Origin: the human T2T-CHM13v2.0 reference genome, Homo sapiens
Length of the DNA: 64,000 bases
Assembly: GCF_009914755.1 (NCBI RefSeq)
Contig: NC_060928.1
Reading direction: 5' to 3' (one strand)
Below, piece after piece: positions 45,748 through 61,200 of this stretch; position 1 is the stretch's first letter; every line of letters begins with the position of its first letter. Made by a program: the position numbers and the translations under genes. The notes beneath the pieces are model-generated. The model was not told the origin of the DNA, did not search any database, and saw nothing but the letters and a program-made list of their open reading frames with translations.

Positions 45748-46350
45748 TTTAAAAAAATTGTATTTTATTGTTAATTGACAGATAATAATGGTATATATTT
45801 ATGGGGTACAATGTGATGTTTTGATACATGAATACATTGTGGAATGACAAAATCAGGTTAATTAATATCTTTATCACCTTGCATACTTATTTTTTGTGGT
45901 GAGAACATTTAAAATCCACTTTTTAAAAACCAATTTTGAAATATAAAACATATTATTATTAACAATAGTCACCATGCTATGCAGTAGATGACCAGAACTT
46001 ATTCCTCCTAACTGAAACTTTGTACACTTTCAGGGAAGACTGTAAACATCTCCCCTTTTCCTGTCCACCTTTCACCCCTGGTAACTACCATTCTACTCTC
46101 TACTTCTATGAATTTGATGTTTCTGGATTCCACATATAAATGAAATCATGTGGTATTTGTATTTCAGGTGCTTAGCTTATTTTACTTAGGGAAATGTCCC
46201 ATAGATTCATCCATATTGTCACAAATGACAGAATTTCCTTCTTTTTAAAAAAGGCTAAACAGTAAAAAAAAAAAAAAAAAAAAAGGCTAAATAGTATTCC
46301 AATTGTATATATATACTACATAGTTTTAATCCATTCATCCATTAATGGAC
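45748..46350 (-). mobile_element. L1MA-type 3' end, 5'-truncated
   Basis: tatatttatggggtacaatgtgatgttttgatacatg...ctctctacttctatgaattt...ccattcatcc; flanked by acatcagtta repeats. Confidence 0.85.
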
Positions 46351-46591
46351 ATCAGTTAATTTCTACCACACTAAATAAATGTTGAATAAGCATTTATCCT
46401 GCATTGTGCCTTTACATTGTTGATATTATTCAATAGGTTTTCTGGAATGCAAGTATGAATAAATTATTAAGATGTATTAAATCTATATAACTTTGATATG
46501 TAGAGTTCCTCCCTCTAATTTGATTTTTTTGTCCTATGTATGTTGTGGATGATTGATTTTGTGTAACACATGAACAAGTTATCTTAATTCC

Positions 46592-47446
46592 TGTTACGCA
46601 TTGTGTTGTTTACTCTCCAAATTCATATATTCATGTCCTTGTCTACCATACCACAGTATGTGAACTTATTTGAAAATAGAGCTACTGCAGATGTAATTAC
46701 TTAAGATGACATTATATTGAAGTAAGATGCGCCCTACTCCAATATTACTGGTGTCCTTATAACAAGAAAAATTTGCACATAGACATGAATAGAGGGAGAA
46801 GGCCATATAAAGATAGAGCCAGAGACCAGCTTGATGCTTCTACAAGCTAAGGAATGTTACATACTTCCAGAAAACTACCAGAAGCCAAGAGAGAAGCACA
46901 GAACAGATTCTTCCCCATAGCCTATAGGAGGAACCAACCCTGCTGACACCTTGGTCTCTGGCTTCTGGCCTCCAGATCTGGGAGACAACACACTTCTGTT
47001 GTTCAAACCTCTGAGTTTGTGGTAATCTGTTATAGTGGCCCTCACAAACTGTATTAGTCCATTTTCACACTACTATAAAGAAATACCTGAGACTAGGTAA
47101 TTTATAAATAAAGGGAGTTTAATTGACTCACAGTTCTGCATGGCTAGGGAGGCCTCAGGAAACTTACAATCACGGCAGAAGAGGAAGCAAACATGTCCTT
47201 CCTCACAAGGCAGCAGGAGAGAGAAGTGCGTGAAAAGGGGGAAGAGCCCCTTATAAAACCATCAGATCTTGTGAGAACTCACTCACTATCACGAGAACAG
47301 CATAGGGGAAACTGCCCCCATAATTCAATTACTTCCCTCCATCAACACGTGAGGATTACAGGTCCCTCCTTTGACATGTGGAGATTATAATTCAAGATTA
47401 GATTTGGTTGGGGACACACAGCCAAATCATATCACAAACTAATCCA
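46592..47446 (+). mobile_element. MLT1C-like LTR with MSTA inserted near its 3' end
   Basis: gaaaatagagctactgcagatgtaatt...ggaaccaaccctgctgacaccttgg...ctgttatagtggccc. Confidence 0.8.
47050..47434 (-). mobile_element. MSTA-type MaLR LTR
   Basis: tgtattagtccattttcacac...gccaaatcatatca; 5-bp TSD caaac. Confidence 0.9.
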
Positions 47447-47713
47447 TTTCCTATCATGTAATGAAGACAGGATAGATTCATCTGGTGCGGTGGAATGACT
47501 GAGATTTTTATCTTTATTTTGCCTAGGACATTATCTGATTATACAACCACTTTCAAACTGCTGTGGGTTTTAAGAGATTGAAGCCAAATATGATGTATGT
47601 GCCTAGGAGGCCTGGGTGCTATTAAATACTCTTGAGGTTGAGTGTTTAAAGAGACATTGTTTTCTTCTATGTACAACTTGTTCCAAAATGTTCTTGCATT
47701 ATTCATTTTTTAG

Positions 47714-48030
47714 GATGTGTTTATGAAGCCTAGATGTTTTGAAGTCGCTGGTAAGTAAATCTATATTATTTAATTTTCTAAATTTAGAAATGTTGGCCGG
47801 TAATTTACCTTCATATTTCTTCCTGGAAATCTGACATTTAATTTTTTTTTCATCAGCCTGGATGTTTTCATGAACTCTAAAGTTCAACAGTGCAAATAAT
47901 TTGTACCTGAAGTGTATTTGTAGCATGCATGGTCAAGGGTCCAGGGAGCTTGAAGAACAAATAGTATGACACAAACCAGTTTTCAAAAGTAGCCTGAGAA
48001 CACTTTGTTTTTTTAAGGGTTATGGTTAGT
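47714..48030 (+). pseudogene. Two candidate fossil exons (47714-47750 and 47857-~48030)
   Basis: cattttttag|37 nt|gtaagt, then tttttttttcatcag| LDVFMNSKVQQCK*FVPEVYL*...TQTSFQK*PENTLFF*GLWL. Confidence 0.38.
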
Positions 48031-48207
48031 GAGCACGGATCTCACCAGAGTTCCTAAGATCTTACTAACTATTTAAAAGATGAAGTCCACTCTTCCAATT
48101 ATACTTTGAAACAAAATAGAAAGATGTACAAATAAAAGACTTTTGGTATCCCTGAAAATGTTCTGTCTGCAATGGAAATCAATAGATATTTCTCTCATTG
48201 ACGCACG

Positions 48208-48279
48208 TTTTTTTTTTTGGAGATGGAGTCTTGCTCTGTTGCCCAGGCTGGAGTGCAGTGGTGCAATTCTCCTGCCTCA
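48208..48279 (-). mobile_element. Short Alu 3' fragment with internal deletion
   Basis: Poly-T ggagatggagtcttgctctgttgcccaggctggagtgcagtggtgcaat joined directly to tctcctgcctca. Confidence 0.85.
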
Positions 48280-48639
48280 ATATTAAAAAATGATAAATTT
48301 CCATGCTTTGTCATTTTTGACTCCTGAGCTCTTGTTAGAACTTGTGATAGTGTTAATTATGCTTGTGGTAGTTGACTATCAATTCACTCCACAGGGAGCA
48401 TGAAATGCTCAAGATTTTATAAATAATATCCATTTACTGTATATGTACTGTGCTTATAATTTTCTTATTTTAGTTCATTGAGTGTGTTTACTAGGAGAGA
48501 ACATCTTTGCTATACATAAAATATTCTATAACATTTTAAAAAATCAGGGATATTTATGTATATTTAAATCAAGGATTGAAAGAATATTCCTTTTTTGTGT
48601 TCCTACTATTTCTTAAAGCATCATATACTAATTAAATAT

Positions 48640-49290
48640 TTGTTGTATATTTTCGACTATGTTCAACCTATTGTGTAAGATGCTTGGAGAAGGAGCAGGG
48701 CATAATAAAAGACACAACACGTTTCTGTCCTCGGGGGTTTTATCTGGGGCTTTAAAAGGAAACCTATGGAAAGATAAATATATGGTAGGGAGCCATGTTT
48801 TAACTTACTGTTATGTGAAAACTGTGGAAGTAGATCTCAGAAAAGTGAGTTGTCATGAATCAGGGTGGTCAGAAAAGTGGAGAAGTGGGGATTGGGCTAC
48901 AAGAAGGTAAAGAAGAGGAAGAGAATGGACACAAAGAAAAAGCAGTCTTTGAAAATCCTTATACGCTTGGTGATAATGAAAATGAGTAGGTTGAATTGGT
49001 TGAGAGAGCCAGATTTTTTTGTAGAAAGCTCTCCATAATAGGAGAAGGACAATTCTGTAATCATCAGGACAGAAAGAGATAGCTTGAAAGATCGCCACGG
49101 AATAGACTGGAAGAGGAAATGTCTGGACAGTAAGACACAAAAGAGGCTGTAGGACAGTTCAGGCTTGCGGCTATGAAGACTTGTCCTGTAGTGGTCAGGG
49201 TGTATTTGAATGATATTAGAAACAAAAACCCATAAAACAATGTAAAAATACCTTAAACAATTAAATGTAGAACTAAGGAGGAGCCAAAGG
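48640..49290 (-). mobile_element. L2 fragments (diverged)
   Basis: aagacacaacacgtttctgtcctc...; gagaaggacaattctg...gactgga...gaggctgt...gttcagg. Confidence 0.45.
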
Positions 49291-49609
49291 AGGATGATTA
49301 TATAACAACTGCAGTTACAGAGTGAATGATACCCCTTTGTTTAACTAACAAAACAACCTTCAAATAATTCCTTGTCTCATCATGTTTATAGTTATCGATG
49401 ACTAAACATCTGCTTCACAAGAAAATAAATTGTTACCAAAATTTATTAAAGAAAATACATACACTAAAAATTCCAAAGATGTCTGTTTTATTTCCCACAT
49501 TCAGTATTGCTATTGTAAATCTCTTCTTATCCCAAGTATTGTACAATAACTGATATTCCATATAATTCTAGAAACTGATAAGATTTAGTTCAATAGGAAC
49601 TATATTGTG

Positions 49610-49903
49610 GGCTAGGCGCGGTGGCTCACGTCTGTAATCCCAGCACTCTGGGAGGCCGAGGCGGGTGGATCACGAGGTCAGGATATCGATACCATCCCGG
49701 CTAACAGGGTGAAACCCCGTCTCTCCTAAAAATACAAAAAAAATTAGCCGGGCGTGGTGGCAGGAGCCTGTGGTCCCAGCTACTCCGGAGGCTGAGGCAG
49801 GAGAAAGGCGTGAAGCGGCGAGGCGGAGCTTGCAGTGAGCGGAGATTGCGCCACTGTACCCCAGCCTGGGGCCTGGGAAACAGAGCGAGACTCCGTCTCA
49901 AAG

Positions 49904-49929
<26 letters not shown>
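49610..49929 (+). mobile_element. AluY
   Basis: accatcccggctaac, ggcgtgaa, gcggagcttgcagtgagc diagnostics; CpG-rich; long A tail; TSD gaactatattgtg at 49597-49609 and 49930-49942. Confidence 0.96.
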
Positions 49930-49934
<5 letters not shown>

Positions 49935-50095
49935 ATATTGTGGCTTCAGATATAAGAAGGAGAAAGATTTATTCAAGAAATCAGTCTTATATCTTGCTGT
50001 CTATTTAAAATTCTGGAAGTGCAGATAAGATAATTTACTTGCTTGAAAATATTTTGTGATCCCTTATTGTCCCTAAAATGAGGTTCAAAATCCTT

Positions 50096-50332
50096 AGGCA
50101 GTATAGGGCAGTGGGGAAAATGTTGAACTCTGGAGACTAACCAAGCTTCAAATTTTGATTTTCTTACTTATCAGTAGTATAAGTTTGGGAAGTTTATTTA
50201 ATCTGTCAGAGCCTCAGTTTTCAATAGCAACAAAAATGATAATAGCCACTCATAGAATTATTATGAATATAGGAAGAGATGAGTCACATAATTAGCATAT
50301 TACATAGTAAATGCTCAACGGGTCTATTATTT
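50096..50332 (+). mobile_element. MIR
   Basis: aggcagtatagggcagtgg...tttgggaagtttatttaatctgtcagagcctcagttt...catagtaaatgctcaa. Confidence 0.75.
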
Positions 50333-50952
50333 TAAGCAGATTTGTGTTAGTCTAAACTACCATGAACTGTCTCCATCATACTTTTCCTATAGTAGTTTCC
50401 TCTGCTGATCTTCATTCTGCTTATCGTATGGTCAAGCTGAATTCTTTTTAGATCCATGGTCTGTAATTTCTGCCTCTCTGCTTTTATTTATACGGTATCC
50501 CCTGCAAGGTACCCTCTCCATTTCTCACTTCTCATCCAGATTTTTTTTTAGGATTCTATGCATCCTTTCAAAGATCAATTGAAAGGTCATTTTCTAAGAA
50601 ATAATTTTTCTGATACTACCAGCTCTTCCGATCTCTCACAACAGTTGTGTCTCTTGAGGGCACTACATAAATCACATTTCTTGGTTGCAAATAACAGAAT
50701 TCACACTGAATAATTTGATAAGCTTATTAAAAGATATTAAACAAGTATAGAAAATCTCTGGGGGGGCTCAGAGAGCCAGACTTGAAGCTATGCAGCCAGG
50801 AAAAATGCCCACCTGTATTGAAAGACTGGTTTAATGAGATCACTATTACCATTTCCTCTCTGGACTATGCTCTGTCAACCATGTAGCCTGGTAGTCCTTG
50901 CATTAATCAGATCTAGACCACATATGAGAAACATAGATGCAAGGGTGTGTGA

Positions 50953-51268
<316 letters not shown>

Positions 51269-51404
51269 CACGCCCACTTGTTTTTTGTTTCCTGCTTTGG
51301 ATGGAAGAACTTTGCAGTTTGAGAAATTACCAAAATGAAAGATATTTAAAGATGTTGTGTGGTTACAAATGAAAAATGTTTAAACAGACCCTTACCGCTT
51401 AAAA

Positions 51405-52360
<956 letters not shown>

Positions 52361-53429
52361 CCTTGGTGTGATAGCTTGATCACAGAAAAGCTGGAATTTT
52401 TAGAACCAGTTTTCCTGACTCCTAGTCTATGCTGTTTCTAACCTGCCTCTTTAATGAGGCACAGAGTACATGGCCTTTTATTTGGAAAGAAGGAACAGTT
52501 CCATGCTTATAAAATGCTCAGAGTATGCTCAGTATTGCTCACCGTTCAACACATAGAAAAGACAATATGTATCTTGAGAAAGCCTAAAGAAAATAGGGAA
52601 GCTGACCCCAGAGTCCTTGGCCACTTTCTTTCTGCAGACGTTCTATTGAGGAATGAATGATATGCTTTGCTTTTGTATAATTGGCATTTCTGGGATTTGG
52701 TTATCATATGCAGAGGTTAAAAAAAAACCCTATATCCCTGCCATAAAATGCATCAGTAAGAATACTGAGCCAGCATGGATACAGCAAATACATATAGCAT
52801 GAGTTATGTTTGGTGGTGACAGGAGGGAGGACATGAAGGAAATCTTAGATGATTTATATATATATATTTTCTCCCTTATCTCTTTGAGGATTTTTGCTTC
52901 TTTTAAATTCGACCCATTTATTCCAATAGTTCTAGTTCATGTGTATCTATTGTTTGGCTTGTTGTCTTTCTGTTATTAACTCTTGGGAATCTAATTATTT
53001 TGACTTAAGAATAAGGGTGTTTATAATTGTGTTTGTTAATCTTATAGGGCCATAGCAATACTTTATCAAATTATAAATCATTCACTTAAAGCAAAGCAAA
53101 GCGATTCCTAACAATTCCCTTTTAATTATAGAGGAGTTACTGACTATACAAGGTTCAGTTGTATGAAGAAAAGCTGGATAGACATCAATTCATATTGTTT
53201 TTCCTCTCAGAACTCTTCTTTTATGAAGAACTTTTTATTTCTACTGCTTCATATGGGTAGGTTGACACTCTAAAAGTGCTTTGGATATAACATTATTCAA
53301 AGTGTATAAACGAAAGAGTTGTATGGAAAAGGCATTTTCAAATAACATGCACAAGTGTAGGAGATGAGTGGGCTGGGCTCTGGCTTTGCACATTTGGAAG
53401 AAATTTGTTAACAAAATGTCTCATCATAA

Positions 53430-56400
53430 AGACATCAAGTAAGACAACCAATAGGATGAGTCCAGTGACAAACTGAAGATCATTAGCTTCATAAAAACCA
53501 AATTCTTTATCACAAAGAAAACTTATTTCAAATGAAACTGGTTATAAAATCAGGGCATCTAGCCATTTGGGTATACTTAAATTACGTGAGCCATGTTTAT
53601 TCTGGAGTGAGGTACTTTGCACACCCACACAAAATCCTGTTTTTTCCAATGATGTTTTATACACTCACTTTAACCACCACCCTATATTTGCAGAGAGATG
53701 ACCAGAATTATTTGTCAGACATAGTTTAGAAAAGAAAGCTGACAAAATAAAAAACTCACGTGGATTATTGATTCCTTCCTTCAGTGTCCATAAAGAATCT
53801 ATAGAAAAAAGAAAAGAAATATACTTTACATATGCAAGCCCAAATGCCAGGCTTTATGTTAATAATTAATCCTTGGCTTAAAGAGACCATAAAAAGAATT
53901 ATGAAACTTGAGGATTGAAACAACAGTAAAGACTCACATGCCACCACTTGAAAGACATGGCTGAAATAGTCCTTTGATGGAAATGTAAGATAAAATGACC
54001 AGGACACAGAGAGTTTGAAAATGAATAAGCTAAATATTCAATCCAAAAAGTTCGAAATGCAACAGAGAAAATCCAAAGAAACCAATTGAAAGCAACAAGA
54101 AAGGAGGAATTAATAACAATAAAAAGTTAATAAAATAAAGAACAAAAAAACATAAAAACTTCAACAAAACTAAAAATATCTAGTTTTTTCCCCCAAGATG
54201 ATGGATTAGAAGCATTTAGCATGCCTCAGCCACTTGGAAATAGCAAGATAGTGCATAAAAGATCAACTCTGTGAGCTTTCATTTCATAGGGAAAATGGAA
54301 GTCCCTTGGAATCATGAAGGACACTCCAGATTCCAAGGAGAACATGGGCAAACAGGCCCTGTGACAATGTCTGGCTGACAAAAGTGAATGAAACTCCAGT
54401 ACATGAGAGAGGCACAGAGACTCCCTCTGTGACTCATCTTTCCACTGGGGATCAAATTAACCTAGGCCAGAGGACAGCACTGTTTCTCCCAAGCTCTGGA
54501 GCTAACTTGGCGAGAGGCTGGAAGACATTGAGAGGGAAAGACACTGGTAAAAGGTGCAGAGATTTTCCCAGACATGGAGTGAGGCAGGACACCATTTTTA
54601 TTCAGGGCACATACAGAGTGAGTCATTGTTTGGTGACCCGGCAGTGTGACCATGCAGGCATTTTAGTCTCAGGCCAGAGATTGGAGCGCTTGCTCTGAAG
54701 CAGGGTAGGGGCTTCCACAGCCAGAACTGTGTAAAGTACCTCAGCAGTAGGTGCTGAATTTGTTGTTCTCCCTGTCTCAGGTGTGGGTCAGGAGGACAGC
54801 TGCTATAGCTATGGTATCTCTTGGGTGATGACACTTGTAGCTAAGGCCAGCTTGGCAACCTGGAACGGGTCGACATGTGTCATTGTTGCATGCCCCAGCC
54901 TGCTCCTCTGAGCTCACTGTGCAGCAGGGCCCCCTCTACTTCATCCCCAAGCAGAACTCCAGATAGAGCACTCACTTGCCTGGGCCAGCAGCCTGAGCAA
55001 CCCCACCCTTCCTGTGCAGAGATCCCAGTGCACTGGATTTTCCTTTGGCACTGGTGTTTATGCCTACCATCAGGGGACCTGTAGGTAGGCCTGCCTGATC
55101 TATTCCTGCCCATGATGCTCCCCACCCTCATGGGGCTAAGCAGGGAATTCAGGCCACTGTGCATGCCACAGATCACACTATTGCCTGAGGCAACAGAGAG
55201 CTTCTCCAAATAAACAAGAATCAAGTATATACTCAGCATTGGCTGCAGTTGGCTTTTACCCGTAAGTGCCATCTATCTATTGGATTACAGGTCAAACTAC
55301 TCAGCCCAACAAAAAACCTACTGACATAATTGCATGGGGCTATAGAAGCAAAGCCCAAAAACCCTACCCAGCCTTCTCTAAAGTCACATCTCCTAGGGAG
55401 TGGGGGAAAGAAAACAAAAAAACCTGCAATAATATTATAGGGGAAAAAAGAAAAAAAATCCTACCTGCATAAAAATAATTACAAAATCAGAAGTACAAGT
55501 GTCCTTGGAAGAGAAGGAACCAGAACAAGAATTTGGGGACTATGAAAAATCTGAATGTAGTGACACCACCAAAGGATCACATTAGTCTCTAGAAATAGTT
55601 CCTAACGAAAATGGAAACTCAGAAATGACATAGAAAGAATTTAAAGCATAGATGGCAAGGAAACTCAACAAGATCTAAGACAGAGTTGAAAATTAACACA
55701 AAGAAGCTTCTAAAGAAATCCAGGAAATGAAGGAATAGATAAACATCTTAAAAAGAAATAAATTAGAGCTTATGGAATTGAAAACCTCACTTAAGGAATT
55801 TCAAAATACAATGGAAAGCTGTATCATAGACTAAATTGAGCAGAAGAAAGAATTTCGGAGCTTGAAAACTTGTCTTTCAAACTAACACAGTCAGACAAAA
55901 ATAAAGAAAAAAGAATTTAAGAAATAAGGCCTTTGAGAAATATGGGATTATGTAAAATGACCAAACTATGAATTATTTGGATTCCCAAGAGAGAAGGAAT
56001 GGAAAACTTTTAAGGGAATAATTCAAATCAATTTCCCTAATATTTTTAGGGAGGTAGGCATGTAGATACAAGAAATCCAGAAAATACTTGTGAGATACCA
56101 TGCAAAATTAACATCACCAAAGCATACTGTCACTAGATTGTCTAAAGTCAATGCTTAAAAAAAAAATCAGGAGAGATTGGGGGCCTATTTTCTGCATTCT
56201 TAAAGAAAAGAAATTCCAACCAAGAATTTCATATCCTGCCACACTAAGCTTCATAAGTAAAGGATAAATAAAATATTTTCCAGATGAGCAGCATTAAGGT
56301 AATTTGTTACCACTAGACTAGCCTTATAAGAGATTCTTAAGGGTGTTCTAAATATGGAATCAAAAGAACAATACCTGCTACCACAAAAATGATTTAAGTA

Positions 56401-59400
56401 CATAGCACACAGTAGACTCTATAAAGCAACCACACATTAGAAACTACAAAGCAACCAGCTAACAATTTCACAAAAGGATGAAAACCTTACATATTAATAC
56501 TAACTTTGAATGTAAACAGTCTAATTGCCTCATTTAAAAGACACGGAGTAGCAAGTTGCATTAAGACACAGGACCCATCTGTCTGCTGTCTTCAAGAGAC
56601 TTATCTCACACGTAATGACACCCAAAGGCCCAAAGTAAAGGGTTGGAGAAAGATCTATCATGGAAATGGAAAACAAAATAGAGTAGAGGTCACTATTCTT
56701 ATATAAGATAAAACAGACACTAAATCAACAACAGTAAAAAAGGACAAAGAGAAGCATTACGTAATAACTAAAGGTTCAGTTCAACCAAAAGACTTAACTA
56801 TCCTAAATATATACACACCCAACATTGGAGTATGCAGATCATGAAACAAGTACTTTTAGACCTTCAAAAAGACTTAGCCACTCAATAGTATTGGGGGACT
56901 TCAACACCCCGCTGATGGCATTAGATAGATCGCTGAGGTAGAAAACTAACAAAGGAATTCTAGACTTAAATTCAAGCCTTGACCAATTGGACCTAATAGA
57001 CAGCTACAGGATACTCCACCCATCAACCACAGAATATACATTCTTCTCATCTATACACAGAACATACTCCAACATTGACCACATGCTTGGCCAAAAAGCA
57101 AGTTTCAGTAAATTCAACAAAATCAATAATCAATATCTTACCAACCATACTCTCAGACTACAGTGGAATAAAGATAGATATCAATACCAAGAAGTTCTCT
57201 TAAAACCACACAGAATAATAAAAAAAATGAAAATGAGAAAAAACAAAACAAAACAAAACAAAACACATGGAAATTACCAACTTGCTACTGAATGACTTTT
57301 GGGTAAACAATAAAATTAAGGCAGAATCAAAAAATTCCTTGAAATAAATGAAAACAGAGACACAAAGTGCCAAAATCTCTGGGATGCAGCAAAAGCAGTG
57401 TTAAGAGTAAGTTTATGGCACTGAACACCTACCTAAAAAAGTTAGAAATATCTCAAATTAATGATCTGATATCACATGTAGAGGAACAAAAACAAACAAA
57501 CAAACAAACAAAAAACCACGAACAAAGTAACCTGAAGCTAGCAGAAAAAAGAAATAACTAAAATCAGAACAGAACTGGACAAAATTGAGACCTGAATATT
57601 TATACCAGAAACCAACAAAACCAAAGGATTGATAAGATCGATAGACTGCTAGCTAGATTAACAAAGAAACAGGATCCAAATAAGCCCAATTAGAAATGCA
57701 AAGGTGATACTGCAACCAATCCCACAGAAATACAAAAATTCTCAGAGTCTCTTATGAACACTTCTCTGCACATAAACTAGAAAGTATAGAAGACATGGAT
57801 AAATTCCTGGAAACACACAATGTCCCAAGATTGAATCAGGAAGAAATTGAAGGACTGAACAGATCAACATTGAGTTCTGAAATTGAATCAGTAATAGAAA
57901 ACCTACCAACCATAAAAAGCCCCAGACCAGAGGGATTTACAGCCAAATTCTACCAACCTATAAGGAAGATCTAGTACCAATTCTTCTGAAACTTTACCAA
58001 AAACTGAGAAGGGACACCTCTCTAATTTACTGTATGAAGCCAGAATCACCCTGATACCAAAATCTGTCAAATATACAATGAAAAAAGGAAAATGCAGGCC
58101 AATATCCCTGATGAATATTGATGCAAAAATCCTCAACAAAATATGAGCAAATTGAATCTAGAAGCATATCAAAAAGTTAATTCACCATGAACAAGTAGGC
58201 TTCATTCCTGGAATGCAAGCTTGGTTCAACATATGCAAATCAATAAAATTGTTTTGCCACCTAAACAGAATTAAAGATAAAAATCACATGATTATCTCAG
58301 TAGACAAGGCAAAACTTTTGATAAAATCCAACGTCCCTTTATGATAAAACCCTCAGCAAACTAGGCATTGAAGGAACATACCTCAAAATAATAAGAGTCA
58401 TCTGTGACAAACCCACAGCCAATATTATACTGAACAGGCAAAAACTGTTCAGTATAATATTGAACTTGTTCCCTTCCCCTTGAGAATTGGAACAAGGATG
58501 CCCACTTTTACTCAATGTCATACTAGAAGTCCTAGCCATAGCAATCAGGCAAGAGAAAGAAATAAAATGCATCTAAATAGAAGAAGAAGAAGTCAAACTA
58601 CCTCTCTTCACAGACAATATGATTCTACATCTAGAAAACCCTGAAGACTCCACCAGGAGGCTCCTGGAATTGATAAATGACATCAATCCGGGATACAAAA
58701 TCAATGTCCAAAAATAAGTAGCATTGCCATGCACAAATAACATTCAATCTGAGAGCCAAATAAGGGATGCAATACGATTTATAATAGACACACACACATA
58801 CACACACCACACAATACCAGGTAATATATCTAATCAAGGAGGTGAAAGATCTCTACAAGGATAACTATAAAACACTGCTGAAAGAAATAATAGGTGACAC
58901 AAACAAATGGAAAAACTTTCCAATATCATGGATTGGAGGAATAAATAACAGTAAAATGGCCATACTGCCCGAAGCAATTTACAGATTCAGTATGGTTCCT
59001 GTCAAACTACTAACATAATATTTTACAAAATTAGAAAAAAAACTATTCTAAAATTAATATGAAACCCAAAAAAACAAAAACAGCCCAAAGAACCAAAGCA
59101 ATCCTAAGCAAAAAGAACAAAGCTGGAGACATCACACCCTCTGACTTCAAACTATACTGTAAGGCTACAGTAACCAAAACAGCTTGATACGGGTGCAAAA
59201 TCAGACACATAGACCAATGGAACATATTGGCAAACCCAGAAATCAACCCACCTACAGCCATCTGATCTTTGACAAAGTTGACAAAAATAAGCAGTGGTGA
59301 AAGGACTCCCTATTTAATAAATAGTGCTGGAATAACTGTCTTGCCATATGCAGAAGAATGAAACTGGACTCCTACATTTTACTATATAAATACAAAAATT

Positions 59401-61200
59401 CACTCAAAATGGATTAAAGATTCAAATGCAAGATCTCAAACTATAAGGATCCTAGTGGCGAACCTAGGAAACACCATTTTGGACATCAGCTTTGGGAAAG
59501 AATTTATGACTAAGTCCTCAAAAGCAATTGGAGCAAAACAAAAAATTGACAAGTGACCTAATTAGACTAAATAGCTTCTGCAAAGCAAAATAAACTATCA
59601 ACAGAATAAACAGATAATCTACAGAATGAGAGAAAATATTTGCAAACTATGTATACAACAAAGGTCTAATATCCAGAATCTACAAGAAACTTAAACAAAT
59701 CAACAAGAAAAAACAACCCTATTAAAGGTGGGCAAAGGACATGAACAGACACTCCTCAAAGAAGATATATGTGTGCAACAAGCATGAAAAAATGCTCAAC
59801 CTCATTAATCATCAGATAAATGCAAATCAAAACCACAATGAGTTATCATAATTACCAGAGTGGCCATTATGAAAAAGTCAAAAAATGACAGATGCTGGGA
59901 AGATTGCAGAGAAAGGGGAGAACTTATACACTGCTGGTGGAAATGTAAATTAATTCAGCCATTGTGAAAAGCAGTTTGGTGATTTCTTGGAGAACTTAAA
60001 TCTGAATTACCATTCAACTCAGCAATTCCATTATTGGGTATACATCCAAAGGAATATAAATCATTCTGTGATAAAGACATGCATACATATGTTCATTGCA
60101 GCACTATTCACAATAACAAAGACATAAAATCAACCTAGATGTCCATCAATGGTGGATGGGATAAAGAAAACGTGGTACATATGTACTGTGGAATACTACA
60201 CAGCCATAAAAAAGAACAAAATCATGTTCTTTGCAGCATCATGGATGGAGCTGGAGGCCATTATTCTAAGAGAATTAATGCAGGAACAGAAAACCAAATA
60301 CCACATGTTCTCACTTGTAAGTGAGAGCTAAACACTGAGTACTCATGGACATAAAGATGAGAATGACAGACACTAGGAACTACTGGTGGGGGAAGGAGGA
60401 AGGCACAAGGGTTGAAAAATTAACTATTGGGTACTCTGCTTGCTACGTGGATGATGTGATCAATTAAATCCCAAAGCTTAGCGTCCCACAATATGCCCAT
60501 GTGACAAACCTGTGCTTGTACCCTATTAATCTTAAATACAAGTCAAAATTGTTTTAAAAAAGTCTGCAGCAAGCCTGAGCAAGGAAAAAGAAAAATAATA
60601 GAAAAATAAACACACAATGTAAAAGAAAAATAACTACAGATATAACATATTTTAAATAAAAACATTATTATGGGCAACTATATAAGAATATAGTTGATAA
60701 CACGTAAGAAGACATAACATATTTGGAAAAATATAACCTGCTCAAAGTAGAAAATTTGAACAGGCCAATAAACAGTAGTGCTGACAAAATGATTGCAAAA
60801 GACCTTTCTGCCACCAAAACTTTAAACCTCTTAGTCTGTTTCACAGAAAATTTTTGGAGAAAAATTAATCTTACAATTTTTTTTTTAGAAAAGTAGAGGA
60901 GCTACTGGCTTATTTAATGAGATTAGTGCAATCTTGATTCTAATATCAGATAAAGGCAATAAAATAAAATTATAAGCCAATTTCACCTGTGAATGTACAT
61001 TTCAATATTCTAAATAAAATATTAGCTAATCAAAAATTTGGTCATTAAGTAATAATTCATTATTCAAATCAAGTTTATCCCAGGAAGTATTAAAGTCTCA
61101 ACACAGAGAAAATATAGCAACAGCATTCACTATATTAATAGGAAAAAAATATGATTATTTCAATTGATGCAGCAAAAGCATTCGATAAATTTAAACATTA
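53430..61200 (+). mobile_element. Ancient L1M ORF2 remnant split by a younger full-length L1
   Basis: A-rich ORF2-like sequence at 53430-54180 resumes at 60560-61200 (tttatcccagga, ttcaattgatgcagcaaaagcattcgataaa). Confidence 0.55.
54181..60560 (+). mobile_element. Full-length older LINE-1 (L1PA15/16-like), decayed
   Basis: 5' caagatg...gattagaagc...gatcaactctgtgagc; ORF1 remnants ~55500-56390; ORF2 from ~56478 (TQDPSVCCLQETYL, DLIDSYRILHP) to ~60330; 3' UTR ctattgggtact...cccatgtgacaaacctg. Confidence 0.9.

Noticed and set aside
54384-55472. Cluster of 60-130 aa ORFs in a GC-richer block
   Set aside because: Lies in the 5' UTR of the old full-length L1.
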